63,561 nt of DNA from Candidatus Nomurabacteria bacterium. GTDB taxonomy: Bacteria; Patescibacteriota; Minisyncoccia; Phycocordibacterales; UBA9973. A program made the position numbers and the translations under genes. Shown in pieces: positions 1 to 9,215 of the stretch (positions are counted from its first letter, which is position 1; each line of letters begins with the position of its first letter). The notes below the pieces were generated by a model. The model did not search any database and had not been told where the DNA came from. It saw nothing but the letters and a program-made list of their open reading frames with translations. Where the stretch lies: NCBI GenBank assembly GCA_023267275.1, contig JAHFNO010000004.1:1-63561 (forward strand), read 5' to 3'.

Positions 1-87
1 AATACTCCGAGAGAAAAACTGAAGTGGAAGACACCAAATGAAGTGATGAGAGAGAAGAAACTATTTAGAAAAAGAAAAAACCGCTAG
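1..87 (+). CDS. IS30-family transposase, C-terminal fragment (5' part lies outside the window)
   Basis: Frame 1 reads NTPREKLKWKTPNEVMREKKLFRKRKNR*. The L-x-x-KTP-x-EV tail parallels the C-terminus of the complete IS30-type transposase at 16724-17659 (..MKCLNYKTPTEVLNEY..). Confidence 0.5.
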   Translation, partial: NTPREKLKWKTPNEVMREKKLFRKRKNR

Positions 88-171
88 TGCGGTCTGTTGC
101 GTTGAGGGGTGGAATGTCGCGTAAATGAATTTAATAGAATTATACTACTTATAATATAATAAGTCAATAGC

Positions 172-203
172 AAAAAATAAGCCTAATATTAGGCTTATTT
201 TTT
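172..203. terminator. bidirectional rho-independent terminator
   Basis: AAAAAATAAGCCTAATATTAGGCTTATTTTTT: a palindromic stem flanked by A6 and T6, directly downstream of the minus-strand gene ending at 225. Confidence 0.6.
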
Positions 204-224
204 ACATTCTTATATTGTATTCAA

Positions 225-1031
225 TTAATTAAAAACACACTGTGTTTGACCTGGTTGTAAACCTGCATGCGTATCCCCTGTTTTACCAGTGATATCAACG
301 CAAACATAATTGTTGGCTTCAATATGGATTGATGCTGCCCAAGACTGAGCACTGTCATTACAAACAACATTTCCACTGTTTTGCTTCACAGACTGAAAAA
401 TCGTTGTGATTGCATCATCTTTACACACACCCGCATAACTACCATTTTTTTCTTTCGCCAATTCAGCCAATGCGCGCATTTTTGATGATGCACCCATATA
501 CATAATTCGATTATTTTGCGCTACAGTATTTACCTGTTCATCATTTACACTTTCTTGATCGCCAGGAGCTGTATGAGTGAATGTAAATACATAATCCCCG
601 GGATTGATTGTTTTACCAGCTACTTTTTCTGGAGTTACACTTGAAAGTACAACTGAATGCCCCTTGTAGCTTTGTGGCTGACCGAGAGTAAATACGATAG
701 ATTTGCTGAGCAATCCATACTTCCCTGCAATACGCACACGAACTGTTCCTGCCTGGATACATTGAACACCTTTAGGACAACGGCTATCTTCCGCAACTTC
801 TGCAACAGTAGCTTTTACTCCATACGCTTCCAGAACATCACCGAGTTTTACGGTAAGTTGTTTTTCACTTCCGGTAATTTTTCGAGTTTCAGATTTTGCC
901 GGAACAGAAATAGAAGTTGATGGGGTTTTCTTAAACCATGAAAGTGGGTTCCACCAAGCAGCATGTGCGTGAGCTGGAACAACTCCTACCATCATGAGAA
1001 CAAAAAGTGTGACGAGTGTAATTTTTTTCAT
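225..1031 (-). CDS. secreted hypothetical protein
   Basis: The N-terminus MKKITLVTLFVLMMVGVVPAHAHA looks like a signal peptide. The C-terminal half contains Cys. No family recognised. Confidence 0.6.
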   Translation of the reverse strand: MKKITLVTLFVLMMVGVVPAHAHAAWWNPLSWFKKTPSTSISVPAKSETRKITGSEKQLTVKLGDVLEAYGVKATVAEVAEDSRCPKGVQCIQAGTVRVRIAGKYGLLSKSIVFTLGQPQSYKGHSVVLSSVTPEKVAGKTINPGDYVFTFTHTAPGDQESVNDEQVNTVAQNNRIMYMGASSKMRALAELAKEKNGSYAGVCKDDAITTIFQSVKQNSGNVVCNDSAQSWAASIHIEANNYVCVDITGKTGDTHAGLQPGQTQCVFN

Positions 1032-1053
1032 AAAAAATGATTATGATTGATAA

Positions 1054-2367
1054 TTAGTCGAAGTAATTTTTGAGACGAAGGATGCGTTCGTGTGTGCGGA
1101 GTTTTTCATGCACCTTGGCTTCGATCTGACGAATACGTTCACGAGTAACACCGAACTCTGTTCCCACTTCTTCAAGTGTGTGCTGTACGCCATCTGAGAG
1201 ACCGTAACGCATTTCAAGAATCTTGCGCTCTTTTGGAGAAAGCTCATCAAGAACACTTCTCACCTGGTCTTGGAGAATACGGTAACTTGCATCTTGATCT
1301 GGGCGAAGAATCTTGTCGTCGGCGATAAATTCACCGCGAGTTGATTTCTCATCATCATCACCGATTGGCTGTTCAAGCGAAACAGTATCTTGAGAAATAT
1401 TTTCAATCACGTGCACCTTTTCTACATCGATGCCCATTTCAATAGCGATTTCTTCTGCGAGTGGATCACGTCCGAGGTCTTGCGCGAGACGACGATAGAC
1501 TTGTTTGTATTTTGAGATTGTTTCCACCATGTGCACTGGAATACGAATAGTGCGTGACTGGTCGGCAAGCGCACGAGTAATAGACTGGCGGATCCACCAG
1601 GTCGCATAGGTTGAGAATTTGTAACCCTTTGTCCAGTCGAATTTTTCTACTGCCTTAAACAAACCAAGGTTTCCTTCCTGAATAAGATCGAGAAGTGTGA
1701 GATCACTTGAGCGTCCAACATATTTTTTTGCAATCGAAACTACGAGACGGAGGTTTGCACGGGCGAGCAAATTTTTTGCTTCCAAGTCTCCTGCTTGAAT
1801 ACGTCGTGCAAGATCTTTTTCTTCAGCTGCCTGAATGAGCGGGTACTGACCAATCTCTTTCAAATACATTTGAATTGAGTCGTATGCTGGATCGCTTTTT
1901 TCATCCTTGCCTCCTTCAATTGTGTCGATATCAAGCAAATTTCCACCTTCAAGCACGTCAATACCAGCAGTGTTGAGCTGATCGTAAAGCACATCAAGAA
2001 AATCAATGTCTGTTTCGATATTTGGGAATGAACGCAAGATTTCATCAAATGTGATAAAGCCACGTTTTCGGCCTTTCATCACCAGCTCAGCAGAACGCTC
2101 AAGTGGTGTCATGTTTGTCTTTGATTTCTTTACATTTGCGCGTCCAGCAGTAATTGCTCCGTTACCTTTGATTGCTTTTACTTTTTTTACCTTTGCAGGC
2201 TTTTTTGCTACAACCTTTTTTACGGGTTTTTTCGCCACGACTTTCTTTACCACTTTCTTTGCAAGCTTTTTTGCCACAACCTTTTTTACGGGTTTTTTCG
2301 CCACGACTTTCTTCGCTGGTTTTTTTGTTATCACTTTTTTCTTCTTTGTATTTTTTTTATTTTGCAT
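1054..2367 (-). CDS. rpoD: RNA polymerase sigma-70 factor RpoD with a Lys/Val/Ala-rich basic N-terminal tail
   Basis: Sigma-70 motifs [13 protein letters not shown] (region 2.4) and [23 protein letters not shown] (region 4.2). Classic dnaG-rpoD gene order. Confidence 0.95.
   Translation of the reverse strand: MQNKKNTKKKKVITKKPAKKVVAKKPVKKVVAKKLAKKVVKKVVAKKPVKKVVAKKPAKVKKVKAIKGNGAITAGRANVKKSKTNMTPLERSAELVMKGRKRGFITFDEILRSFPNIETDIDFLDVLYDQLNTAGIDVLEGGNLLDIDTIEGGKDEKSDPAYDSIQMYLKEIGQYPLIQAAEEKDLARRIQAGDLEAKNLLARANLRLVVSIAKKYVGRSSDLTLLDLIQEGNLGLFKAVEKFDWTKGYKFSTYATWWIRQSITRALADQSRTIRIPVHMVETISKYKQVYRRLAQDLGRDPLAEEIAIEMGIDVEKVHVIENISQDTVSLEQPIGDDDEKSTRGEFIADDKILRPDQDASYRILQDQVRSVLDELSPKERKILEMRYGLSDGVQHTLEEVGTEFGVTRERIRQIEAKVHEKLRTHERILRLKNYFD
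2199..2313 (-). repeat. 66-bp-period in-frame tandem duplication inside the rpoD basic tail
   Basis: 49-nt blocks at 2199-2247 and 2265-2313 are identical except for one T/C. They encode [16 protein letters not shown] twice. Confidence 0.85.
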
Positions 2368-2377
2368 TTGTATTTTC

Positions 2378-2409
2378 GCTAAAGCCTAGTGCCTAAAGCC
2401 TAATGCCTA
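2378..2409 (-). repeat. heptamer array TAGGCAT TAGGCTT TAGGCAC TAGGCTT TAGC starting at the dnaG stop codon
   Basis: Read on the minus strand. The first TAG is the dnaG stop, and the array fills most of the dnaG-rpoD spacer. Confidence 0.75.
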
Positions 2410-4230
2410 ATTTTTAAATCGACTGCTTTTAATAGTATTGAGGCGATTGGTTACTTTTTGTGATTCTTCTAGAATTTCTTGCAATGAAGTATTTCCTTCC
2501 GAACCTTCTGTGTCATTCATTTTCCGCATGAGTTCTTCGAGTTTTCTGCCAAGCATTTCTTCTTCCAGATTGTCGAGAAGTTCTTCAGTATCTTGTTTCA
2601 GGCGTTTCGGTTCATCGTACAGTGTCTCAACTTCAAAAATTCGTTCTTGTTTCTTGTCTTGTAATTTTACATACGCATTTTTGAATTGGTCACTTCCCAT
2701 CACATCTTCCAATCGTTTTCGAAACGCTTCGAGGTCGATAAGTGGTGGAGCACATTCTTCTTGCCATACCAGTATTCCAAGCAGTCGATCTTCGATTTTT
2801 GTAGTGCGTGAATTGTCTTCTTGCAGTCTCTGCGGAGGAACGTTTGATGCTGACACTGGTTTCTTTTGAGGTGTGTCATTGCCTACCATCAATCGTACAA
2901 CATCTTCTGCCAACGCTTCTTCGGGAATGCCAGTCTTCAAATGAATCTCTCGAATAAAATGTACGCGTTCGACAGCGGAAGGCATCACGGCGATATATGG
3001 AAGAATTTTATCACGAATCGCGCGCATGCGTGTATGTTCGGAGACTTTTGATTCCTCAAGCACTGAGAGATAGAAAAGGACAATGTGTTGCGCTCCATCA
3101 ATGATTTTCTTCCACGCTTCTTTTCCGTGCAATCGAATCACATCTGCTGGATCTAAATCGGTTGGGAGTTTTGCAACTTTCACATTCATGCCGAGTGTGA
3201 GTCCGATGCGTTCGGCACGACCTGCAGCTTTCATTCCAGCTTTGTCGGCATCAAATGCAATAGTGAGATTTTTTGAAAGTGCGTGTACTTGTCCAAGACT
3301 CGTGAGCGCTCCGCGGTCTCCATCGGTTGTGAGTGAATCACCGAGAGCTGTACCAGAAGATGCAACAGTATTGGTAAATCCTGCCTGATGCGAGAGAACC
3401 AAATCCATTTGTCCTTCTACCAAAATAGCGAGGTCGCGTTTTCGAATTTCAAATTTTGCTTTGTCGAGTCCGTAGAGCACGCTTCCCTTTTTAAAAATTG
3501 GAGTTTCAGGAGAGTTGATATACTTGGCCGTCGACGCAGTCGAATAGGCTTTTCCTTGAACACCACTTCCATCATCATGCAAAATTCTTCCAGAAAAAGC
3601 GATAATGCGTGCACCAGAGTCTCCAATCGGAAACATTACACGATCACGGAAGCGATCATAAATTTCACCGTTTGGTTTGTCGTCAGGATGTTTTGCAAGA
3701 CCGGAAAGCACAATTTCTTTGTCGGTAAAACCACTGGCACGCAAAAAATCAGAGAGCATTCTCCATTCTGCCGGAGCATATCCAATGCGAAAATGCTCTA
3801 TGGTTTCTTTTGTTACGCCACGACCTTCAATATATTTTTTTGCATCATCACACAATTGAAATTGCTTTTGATAAAACGTTGTTGCGCATTCCATGAGCTC
3901 ATACAAGCGGTCTTTTTCATTTCGTTCTTTTGGATCGCTTCCGCGGTACGGTTCAAGTGTGACACCAGCACGCAATGCGAGTACTTGTAGGGCGCCTTTG
4001 AAATCGAGTCCTTCGAATTGTTCAACAAATGAAAAGATGTCTCCCTTCGCACCACAGCCGAAGCAGTAATAACTGCTTCGGCTCGGTGAAATGAAAAACG
4101 AAGGTGACTTTTCATTGTGGAAAGGACAAATTGCTTTGTAATTTCCACCAGCTTTTTCAATTTTGAGGTAGGAAGAAACAACATCAGTAATGCTTAGTTT
4201 CTCTTTGATTTGTTCTACTAAAGTTGACAT
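2407..4230 (-). CDS. dnaG: DNA primase
   Basis: CHC2 zinc finger CPFHNEKSPSF..YYCFGCGAKGD. TOPRIM motifs LVEGQMDLV and FDADKAG. Confidence 0.95.
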   Translation of the reverse strand: MSTLVEQIKEKLSITDVVSSYLKIEKAGGNYKAICPFHNEKSPSFFISPSRSSYYCFGCGAKGDIFSFVEQFEGLDFKGALQVLALRAGVTLEPYRGSDPKERNEKDRLYELMECATTFYQKQFQLCDDAKKYIEGRGVTKETIEHFRIGYAPAEWRMLSDFLRASGFTDKEIVLSGLAKHPDDKPNGEIYDRFRDRVMFPIGDSGARIIAFSGRILHDDGSGVQGKAYSTASTAKYINSPETPIFKKGSVLYGLDKAKFEIRKRDLAILVEGQMDLVLSHQAGFTNTVASSGTALGDSLTTDGDRGALTSLGQVHALSKNLTIAFDADKAGMKAAGRAERIGLTLGMNVKVAKLPTDLDPADVIRLHGKEAWKKIIDGAQHIVLFYLSVLEESKVSEHTRMRAIRDKILPYIAVMPSAVERVHFIREIHLKTGIPEEALAEDVVRLMVGNDTPQKKPVSASNVPPQRLQEDNSRTTKIEDRLLGILVWQEECAPPLIDLEAFRKRLEDVMGSDQFKNAYVKLQDKKQERIFEVETLYDEPKRLKQDTEELLDNLEEEMLGRKLEELMRKMNDTEGSEGNTSLQEILEESQKVTNRLNTIKSSRFKN

Positions 4231-4330
4231 ATTTTACTTTAATTTGCCTGCCCGTAAGAAGTGTACTCACTTTCCTTCTGGGGTTCAACGAATGATGACA
4301 TATTGACTTTATTACTCTAATTGATATACT

Positions 4331-4774
4331 CTAATTACTTTTGGGATTACCCACCGATCCAGGACTTCGGTCCTGGTGATAATGAGAAAGCTCGAGCAAT
4401 GCCTCGAGTTTTTCTTTTACCCTGGCAAAATCTGCACTATCGAGTGTAGTGAGACGACGCTGGAAACGATTAGTACTAAACATCCTTATTTGATGTAATA
4501 ACGCAAATCTTTTTTGACCTTGTATTGGTATATCAATAAACCATGAGCCTATTTTTTCTTGCATAGAAAGAGGTATTCCAATGAAATTGTTTCGGGAAAG
4601 CTTTTTAAAAACTAATACGGGTCGTCTATAAGTCTCTCCTTTTCCGCATGATTCCTCAGCAATATTCATTCCTACGGCACACCACCAAACTTCACCAGTA
4701 TGAAAAAGAAGATCGCGCTTTTTATTTTCTAGCTCTTTTTTCTTTTTATTCCACTGGTCAAAATCTTTACGCAT
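4331..4774 (-). CDS. PemK/MazF-like toxin-fold protein (no adjacent antitoxin-sized ORF)
   Basis: Core GEVWWCAVGMN..RPVLVFKK..IGIPLS..LLHQIRMFSTNRF resembles PemK/MazF. The call rests on motif memory only. Confidence 0.6.
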   Translation of the reverse strand: MRKDFDQWNKKKKELENKKRDLLFHTGEVWWCAVGMNIAEESCGKGETYRRPVLVFKKLSRNNFIGIPLSMQEKIGSWFIDIPIQGQKRFALLHQIRMFSTNRFQRRLTTLDSADFARVKEKLEALLELSHYHQDRSPGSVGNPKSN

Positions 4775-4793
4775 AATTCTATTTTAGAAATGT

Positions 4794-5402
4794 TTATGGA
4801 AGTTTTTCGGTAATTACAGTTCCATATGGTTTTGTTTCCTGATATGGATCACCATTACATGAATTATTTAATGAACATACTGCAATCTTTTTCTGATAAG
4901 AAAAAGATTCTGATTTTGTATCTATTTTTATATTTCCAATATCATCAGAAATATATACAAACTTTCCAGTTGAAGCATTCAACATAACTGTTCCAGCAAA
5001 TCCGCCACCGCAATTATAACAACCAGCGAGCATGAAGGTGACATAATTTTCTCCAAATGCATTCGTAAGGAATGCTGGACCTTTTGATTGCAAAGATGAA
5101 TCTTTGTTTGTCCAAACAATACGATCACCATTGTTACTTGTTTGAATAATCTCTGTGTATGGTTTTACCTCTGTCTCAAAACTTCCAAGATTGTATGTTT
5201 TATATACAACTGTTTTGTTTTCATTTGAAATAGTTGAGGATGGGGTTCCAAGATTTTCAGGTGCAGGAATAGTTTCTTTTGTTGTCTCAGTAACAACAGG
5301 AGCAACAACCTTTTCAGGTATTCCATTTTTCTGCCAAAGTAAAAAACCTCCAAGTCCAATTACAATCATAACAAGTATCGCAATAATGATATTTTTTTTC
5401 AT
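4794..5402 (-). CDS. membrane-anchored hypothetical protein
   Basis: N-terminal TM anchor MKKNIIIAILVMIVIGLGGFLLW. Lies 19 nt upstream of the MazF-like gene on the same strand. Confidence 0.6.
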   Translation of the reverse strand: MKKNIIIAILVMIVIGLGGFLLWQKNGIPEKVVAPVVTETTKETIPAPENLGTPSSTISNENKTVVYKTYNLGSFETEVKPYTEIIQTSNNGDRIVWTNKDSSLQSKGPAFLTNAFGENYVTFMLAGCYNCGGGFAGTVMLNASTGKFVYISDDIGNIKIDTKSESFSYQKKIAVCSLNNSCNGDPYQETKPYGTVITEKLP

Positions 5403-5453
5403 AGAATATAAGACTGCAGCACAGTATTAATATAATAATGAAACCAATTTCAC

Positions 5454-5485
5454 TAGCACGGCAAGGGGTTACCCTTGCCGTGCTA
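5454..5485 (-). terminator. 14-bp GC-rich hairpin just after the rpoC stop
   Basis: TAGCACGGCAAGGG-GTTA-CCCTTGCCGTGCTA. The U-tract on the minus strand is weak. Confidence 0.5.
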
Positions 5486-5493
5486 AGAAATTC

Positions 5494-8400
5494 TTATTGT
5501 TCGTCCGCCTCTTGTTCTTTTTTCTCTCCGTTACCAGGAATACGCTTGTCGACAAATCCAGTACCTGCTGGGATAAGTCGTCCAATGATTACGTTTTCCT
5601 TAAGACCGCGAAGTGTGTCTACCCCACCGCGAATTGCGTTTGTGATAAGCACTCGGTTTGTATTTTGGAACGAAGCAGCTGAGAGCCATGACTTTGTAGT
5701 AAGTGCTGTTTCTGAAATACCGAGAACGAGTGAGTCTGCTTTTGCTTCTTTGAGACCCTTTGCTCGCATCACTGCATTTTCATCAAGCAATTCTACTGCT
5801 TCAACGATTTCACTTGGTGAGAATCCTGTTTCTCCAGCATCCTTGATCTTTCTTCGTGAGAACATCTGACGAATAATGATTTCGATATGCTTGCGAGAAA
5901 TTGATGCTCCCTGCAATTCGTACACTTTGTTGATTTCGTGAATGATGTATTCTTCTGCTTTTTCGCGACCTCCGTATTTGAAGATTTCTGCGATGTCAGC
6001 TGATCCATCGGTCATGAGTTCTCCCTTCTTCACATTTGCACCTTTGGCAACGATTGCCTGGCGGTGTGGAGGAACGTCATATGTTGTTTCGTTTGCTTTG
6101 CCATCTACTTTTGTATCATGCAAGACCACGATTGAGCGTTCGTCTTTGTTGATGCGAATGTCGATAACAGTTCCATCATCATGTGCAACTACAGCTGGAT
6201 TTTTTGGAAGACGACGTTCGAAGATTTCTTCAACACGTGGAAGACCGGCAGTAATATCGACACCTGCGAGACCTCCGGCGTGGAAGGTTCGAAGTGTGAG
6301 CTGTGTTCCTGGTTCACCGATAGCTTGTGCGGCAACGATACCTACAGCTTCACCCACCTTCACAAGATTGTTGCGTCCGAGGTCGAGACCGTAACAACTC
6401 TGACAGATTCCGTAAATTGTCTTACACGTAAGTGGCGTACGAACAAATGCTTCTGTGATTCCTGCTTGTTCAAGTTTGAGTGCCTCTTCTTTTGTGATGA
6501 GGTAACCACGCTTGTGAATCACATTGCCATCTTTGTCTTTCAAATCGGCAGCGAGAATACGTCCGCGGATTGTTTTACTGATTGGAATTTCGATTCCAAG
6601 AACAGAGTCCTTGCGCATCATTTTTCCATCCTTTGTTCCACAATCTTCTTCGGTCACAACCACATCTTGCGCAACGTCTACGAGACGGCGAGTAAGATAT
6701 CCGGCTTTCGCAGTGTTGAGCGCTGTGTCGGCGAGACCTTTACGTGATCCGTGTGTACAGATGAAGTATTCAATTGGAGAAAATCCTTCCTTAAACGATG
6801 GGATGATTGGGAAGTCGATTGTACGTCCACTTGGGTTCACGATCATTCCTTTCATTCCGGCCATCTGTGTGAGGTTACTCATCGATCCGCGAGATCCTGA
6901 AGTGATCATATCGCTCGCAGAAGAGCCATCCACCATAGTTTCTGGAATAAGCTTTTCGATATCTTTCTTCACACCTTCCCAGATTTCGAGTACCTTGCGG
7001 TAACGTTCTTCTTCAGAAAGAAGACCTTCGCTGTATTGATGTTCAACTTCTTTTTGTTTGATGCGTCCGGCTGCAACAACAGCAGGCTTTCCTTCTGGAA
7101 CGCGAATGTTGTCGAGACCCCAACTGATTCCAGATTTTGTACTGTAAGTAAATCCGAATGTCTTAATCTTGTCGAGCAAGTCTGGAGTCTTATCGATTCC
7201 GTAGTGCATAATGAATTCATCCACGAGTGCGTTCAAACGCTTCTGGTTGATTGTTTCGTTCATGAATGGGAAATCGTCTGGAAGAATCGAGTTGAAGAGA
7301 ATACGTCCAACAGTAGTTTCAAATGGCTTGTTGTCGAATGCAGCATACTTTGCCTTTTCTGTTCCGAGCACAAGAATTTTTGCGCGGAGAGAAACTTCGT
7401 TGAATGAGTATCCAGTGATCGCAGCATTTGGTGTTGCAAACATTTTTCCTTCACCCTTTTGATTTGGCATGAGCTTTGTCATCCAGAAACATCCAAGTGC
7501 CATATCCATACGTGGAGATGTAATCGGATCACCGTTCTGTGGCTTCAAGAGATTTTTGTTTGAAGCCATGCGTTCCTCAGCTTCTTCTTGTGCTGGTTTT
7601 GAAAGTGGAACATATACGGCCATCTGGTCTCCGTCGAAGTCGGCGTTGAACGCTGGACAAACGAGTGGGTGTACTTGAATAGCATTTCCTTCAATGAGGA
7701 TTGGCTGGAAAGCTTGAATACCGAGACGGTGCAATGTTGGCGCACGGTTCAAAAGAACACGCTTGCCTTTGATCACTTCTTCAAGGATAGCCCACACTTC
7801 TGGAATACCATCTTCAATGAGACGGTTTGCTCCACGAATGTTGTACGCGAGTTCACGTTCGATAAGTTTTGAAATTACGAATGGGCGGAAGAGTTCAAGC
7901 GCCATGTGCTTTGGAAGTCCACACTGAGAAAGTTTGAGTGTTGGTCCAACCACGATCACAGAACGTCCAGAGTAGTCCACGCGCTTTCCAAGGAGGTTTT
8001 GACGGAAGAGACCTTGTTTTGATTTCAAGTTGTCTGAAAGAGATTTCAAAGCACGGCGTTGTGCCTGGTTCATCGCAACACTATCGTTCTGACGAGCGAT
8101 TGAGTTGTCGATAAGTGCATCCACTGCTTCTTGAAGAATACGCTTTTCGTTACGCAAGATAACATCTGGCGCACCGATTTCTTTGAGCTTGCGGAGACGA
8201 TTGTTTCGGTTGATCACGCGACGGTAGAGGTCGTTGATATCACTTGTTGCATGACGTCCACCTTCAAGAGCCACCATTGGGCGGAGTGCTGGAGGAATCA
8301 CTGGAATCACTGTGAGGAACATCCATTCTGGACGAATTCCTGATGTGATCATTGAGCGGATAAGTGAGAGACGCTTTTCAAGTTTGTCTTTTTCAACAGC

Positions 8401-9129
8401 ACTTGCCTTTTCGTGTGCAGTTTCAGAAATTTCCTGGAGCTTTTTGAGATCAAGATTTTTCAATACAGAGTAAATAGCCTCTGCACCGATAGATGCTTCG
8501 AAACATGTTCCGTATTTCAAACTGTAGCGGTGATATGCGATTTCAGTGAGCACTTTACCTTCGTAAATTTCACCGATTTCTTTTTTCGCAGTCATCAAAA
8601 GCTCTTTGAGTTTTGTCTTTGTATCTTCATCGGCAGAAGATTTTACTTTTGTCTTGTACTCGTTTTCAAGACTCTTCAAAATCTTATCTTTTTCTTCCTG
8701 GTACACCTTCATCACAATGTATCCGGCAAAGTAAATTACTTTTTCCAAATCTGTTGCAGTGATGTTGAGGAGTACTGACATACGAGATGGTACGCCACGG
8801 AGGAACCAGATGTGTGCTACTGGAGTTGCGAGTTCGATGTGACCCATGCGTTCACGGCGAACAATACTGCGTGTGACTTCAACGCCACATTTTTCACAGA
8901 TAATATCCTTGTAACGGATTCGGCGATATTTTCCACAGTAACATTCATAATCTTTTTCCGGCCCGAAGATGCGCTCGTCGAAGAGACCACCACGCTCAGA
9001 ACGTCCTGTGCGGTAGTTGATTGTCTCAGGCTTTGTGACCTCGCCGTATGACCAATCGCGGATGCGATCTGGACTCGCGAGTTTGAGTGAGATTGATTCG
9101 AAACCAGTGTTTGTATCAATTGTTTTCAT
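5494..9129 (-). CDS. rpoC: RNA polymerase beta' subunit
   Basis: 1211 aa with the NADFDGDQM catalytic motif and N-terminal Cys clusters. Directly downstream of rpoB. Confidence 0.98.
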   Translation of the reverse strand: MKTIDTNTGFESISLKLASPDRIRDWSYGEVTKPETINYRTGRSERGGLFDERIFGPEKDYECYCGKYRRIRYKDIICEKCGVEVTRSIVRRERMGHIELATPVAHIWFLRGVPSRMSVLLNITATDLEKVIYFAGYIVMKVYQEEKDKILKSLENEYKTKVKSSADEDTKTKLKELLMTAKKEIGEIYEGKVLTEIAYHRYSLKYGTCFEASIGAEAIYSVLKNLDLKKLQEISETAHEKASAVEKDKLEKRLSLIRSMITSGIRPEWMFLTVIPVIPPALRPMVALEGGRHATSDINDLYRRVINRNNRLRKLKEIGAPDVILRNEKRILQEAVDALIDNSIARQNDSVAMNQAQRRALKSLSDNLKSKQGLFRQNLLGKRVDYSGRSVIVVGPTLKLSQCGLPKHMALELFRPFVISKLIERELAYNIRGANRLIEDGIPEVWAILEEVIKGKRVLLNRAPTLHRLGIQAFQPILIEGNAIQVHPLVCPAFNADFDGDQMAVYVPLSKPAQEEAEERMASNKNLLKPQNGDPITSPRMDMALGCFWMTKLMPNQKGEGKMFATPNAAITGYSFNEVSLRAKILVLGTEKAKYAAFDNKPFETTVGRILFNSILPDDFPFMNETINQKRLNALVDEFIMHYGIDKTPDLLDKIKTFGFTYSTKSGISWGLDNIRVPEGKPAVVAAGRIKQKEVEHQYSEGLLSEEERYRKVLEIWEGVKKDIEKLIPETMVDGSSASDMITSGSRGSMSNLTQMAGMKGMIVNPSGRTIDFPIIPSFKEGFSPIEYFICTHGSRKGLADTALNTAKAGYLTRRLVDVAQDVVVTEEDCGTKDGKMMRKDSVLGIEIPISKTIRGRILAADLKDKDGNVIHKRGYLITKEEALKLEQAGITEAFVRTPLTCKTIYGICQSCYGLDLGRNNLVKVGEAVGIVAAQAIGEPGTQLTLRTFHAGGLAGVDITAGLPRVEEIFERRLPKNPAVVAHDDGTVIDIRINKDERSIVVLHDTKVDGKANETTYDVPPHRQAIVAKGANVKKGELMTDGSADIAEIFKYGGREKAEEYIIHEINKVYELQGASISRKHIEIIIRQMFSRRKIKDAGETGFSPSEIVEAVELLDENAVMRAKGLKEAKADSLVLGISETALTTKSWLSAASFQNTNRVLITNAIRGGVDTLRGLKENVIIGRLIPAGTGFVDKRIPGNGEKKEQEADEQ

Positions 9130-9140
9130 AGTTTTTTGTT

Positions 9141-9215
9141 TAGGCTCTAGGTTATTAGGGTTTAGGCTCTAGGTGTAGATTTTGTATTCTCTAGCGCCTA
9201 ATGATCTAATGTCTA
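9141..9215. repeat. two inverted heptamer arrays filling the rpoB-rpoC spacer
   Basis: Minus strand: TAGACAT TAGATCAT TAGGCGC TAGAG, starting at the rpoB stop (9191-9215). Plus strand: TAGGCTC TAGGTTAT TAGGGTT TAGGCTC TAGGTG TAGAT (9141-9180). Confidence 0.75.

Noticed and set aside
2006-2396. Phe/Thr-rich plus-strand ORFs (2006-2389 and 2172-2396).
   Set aside because: They are the mirror image of the Lys/Val/Ala-rich repeat that encodes the RpoD tail. This is an artefact of the repeat.
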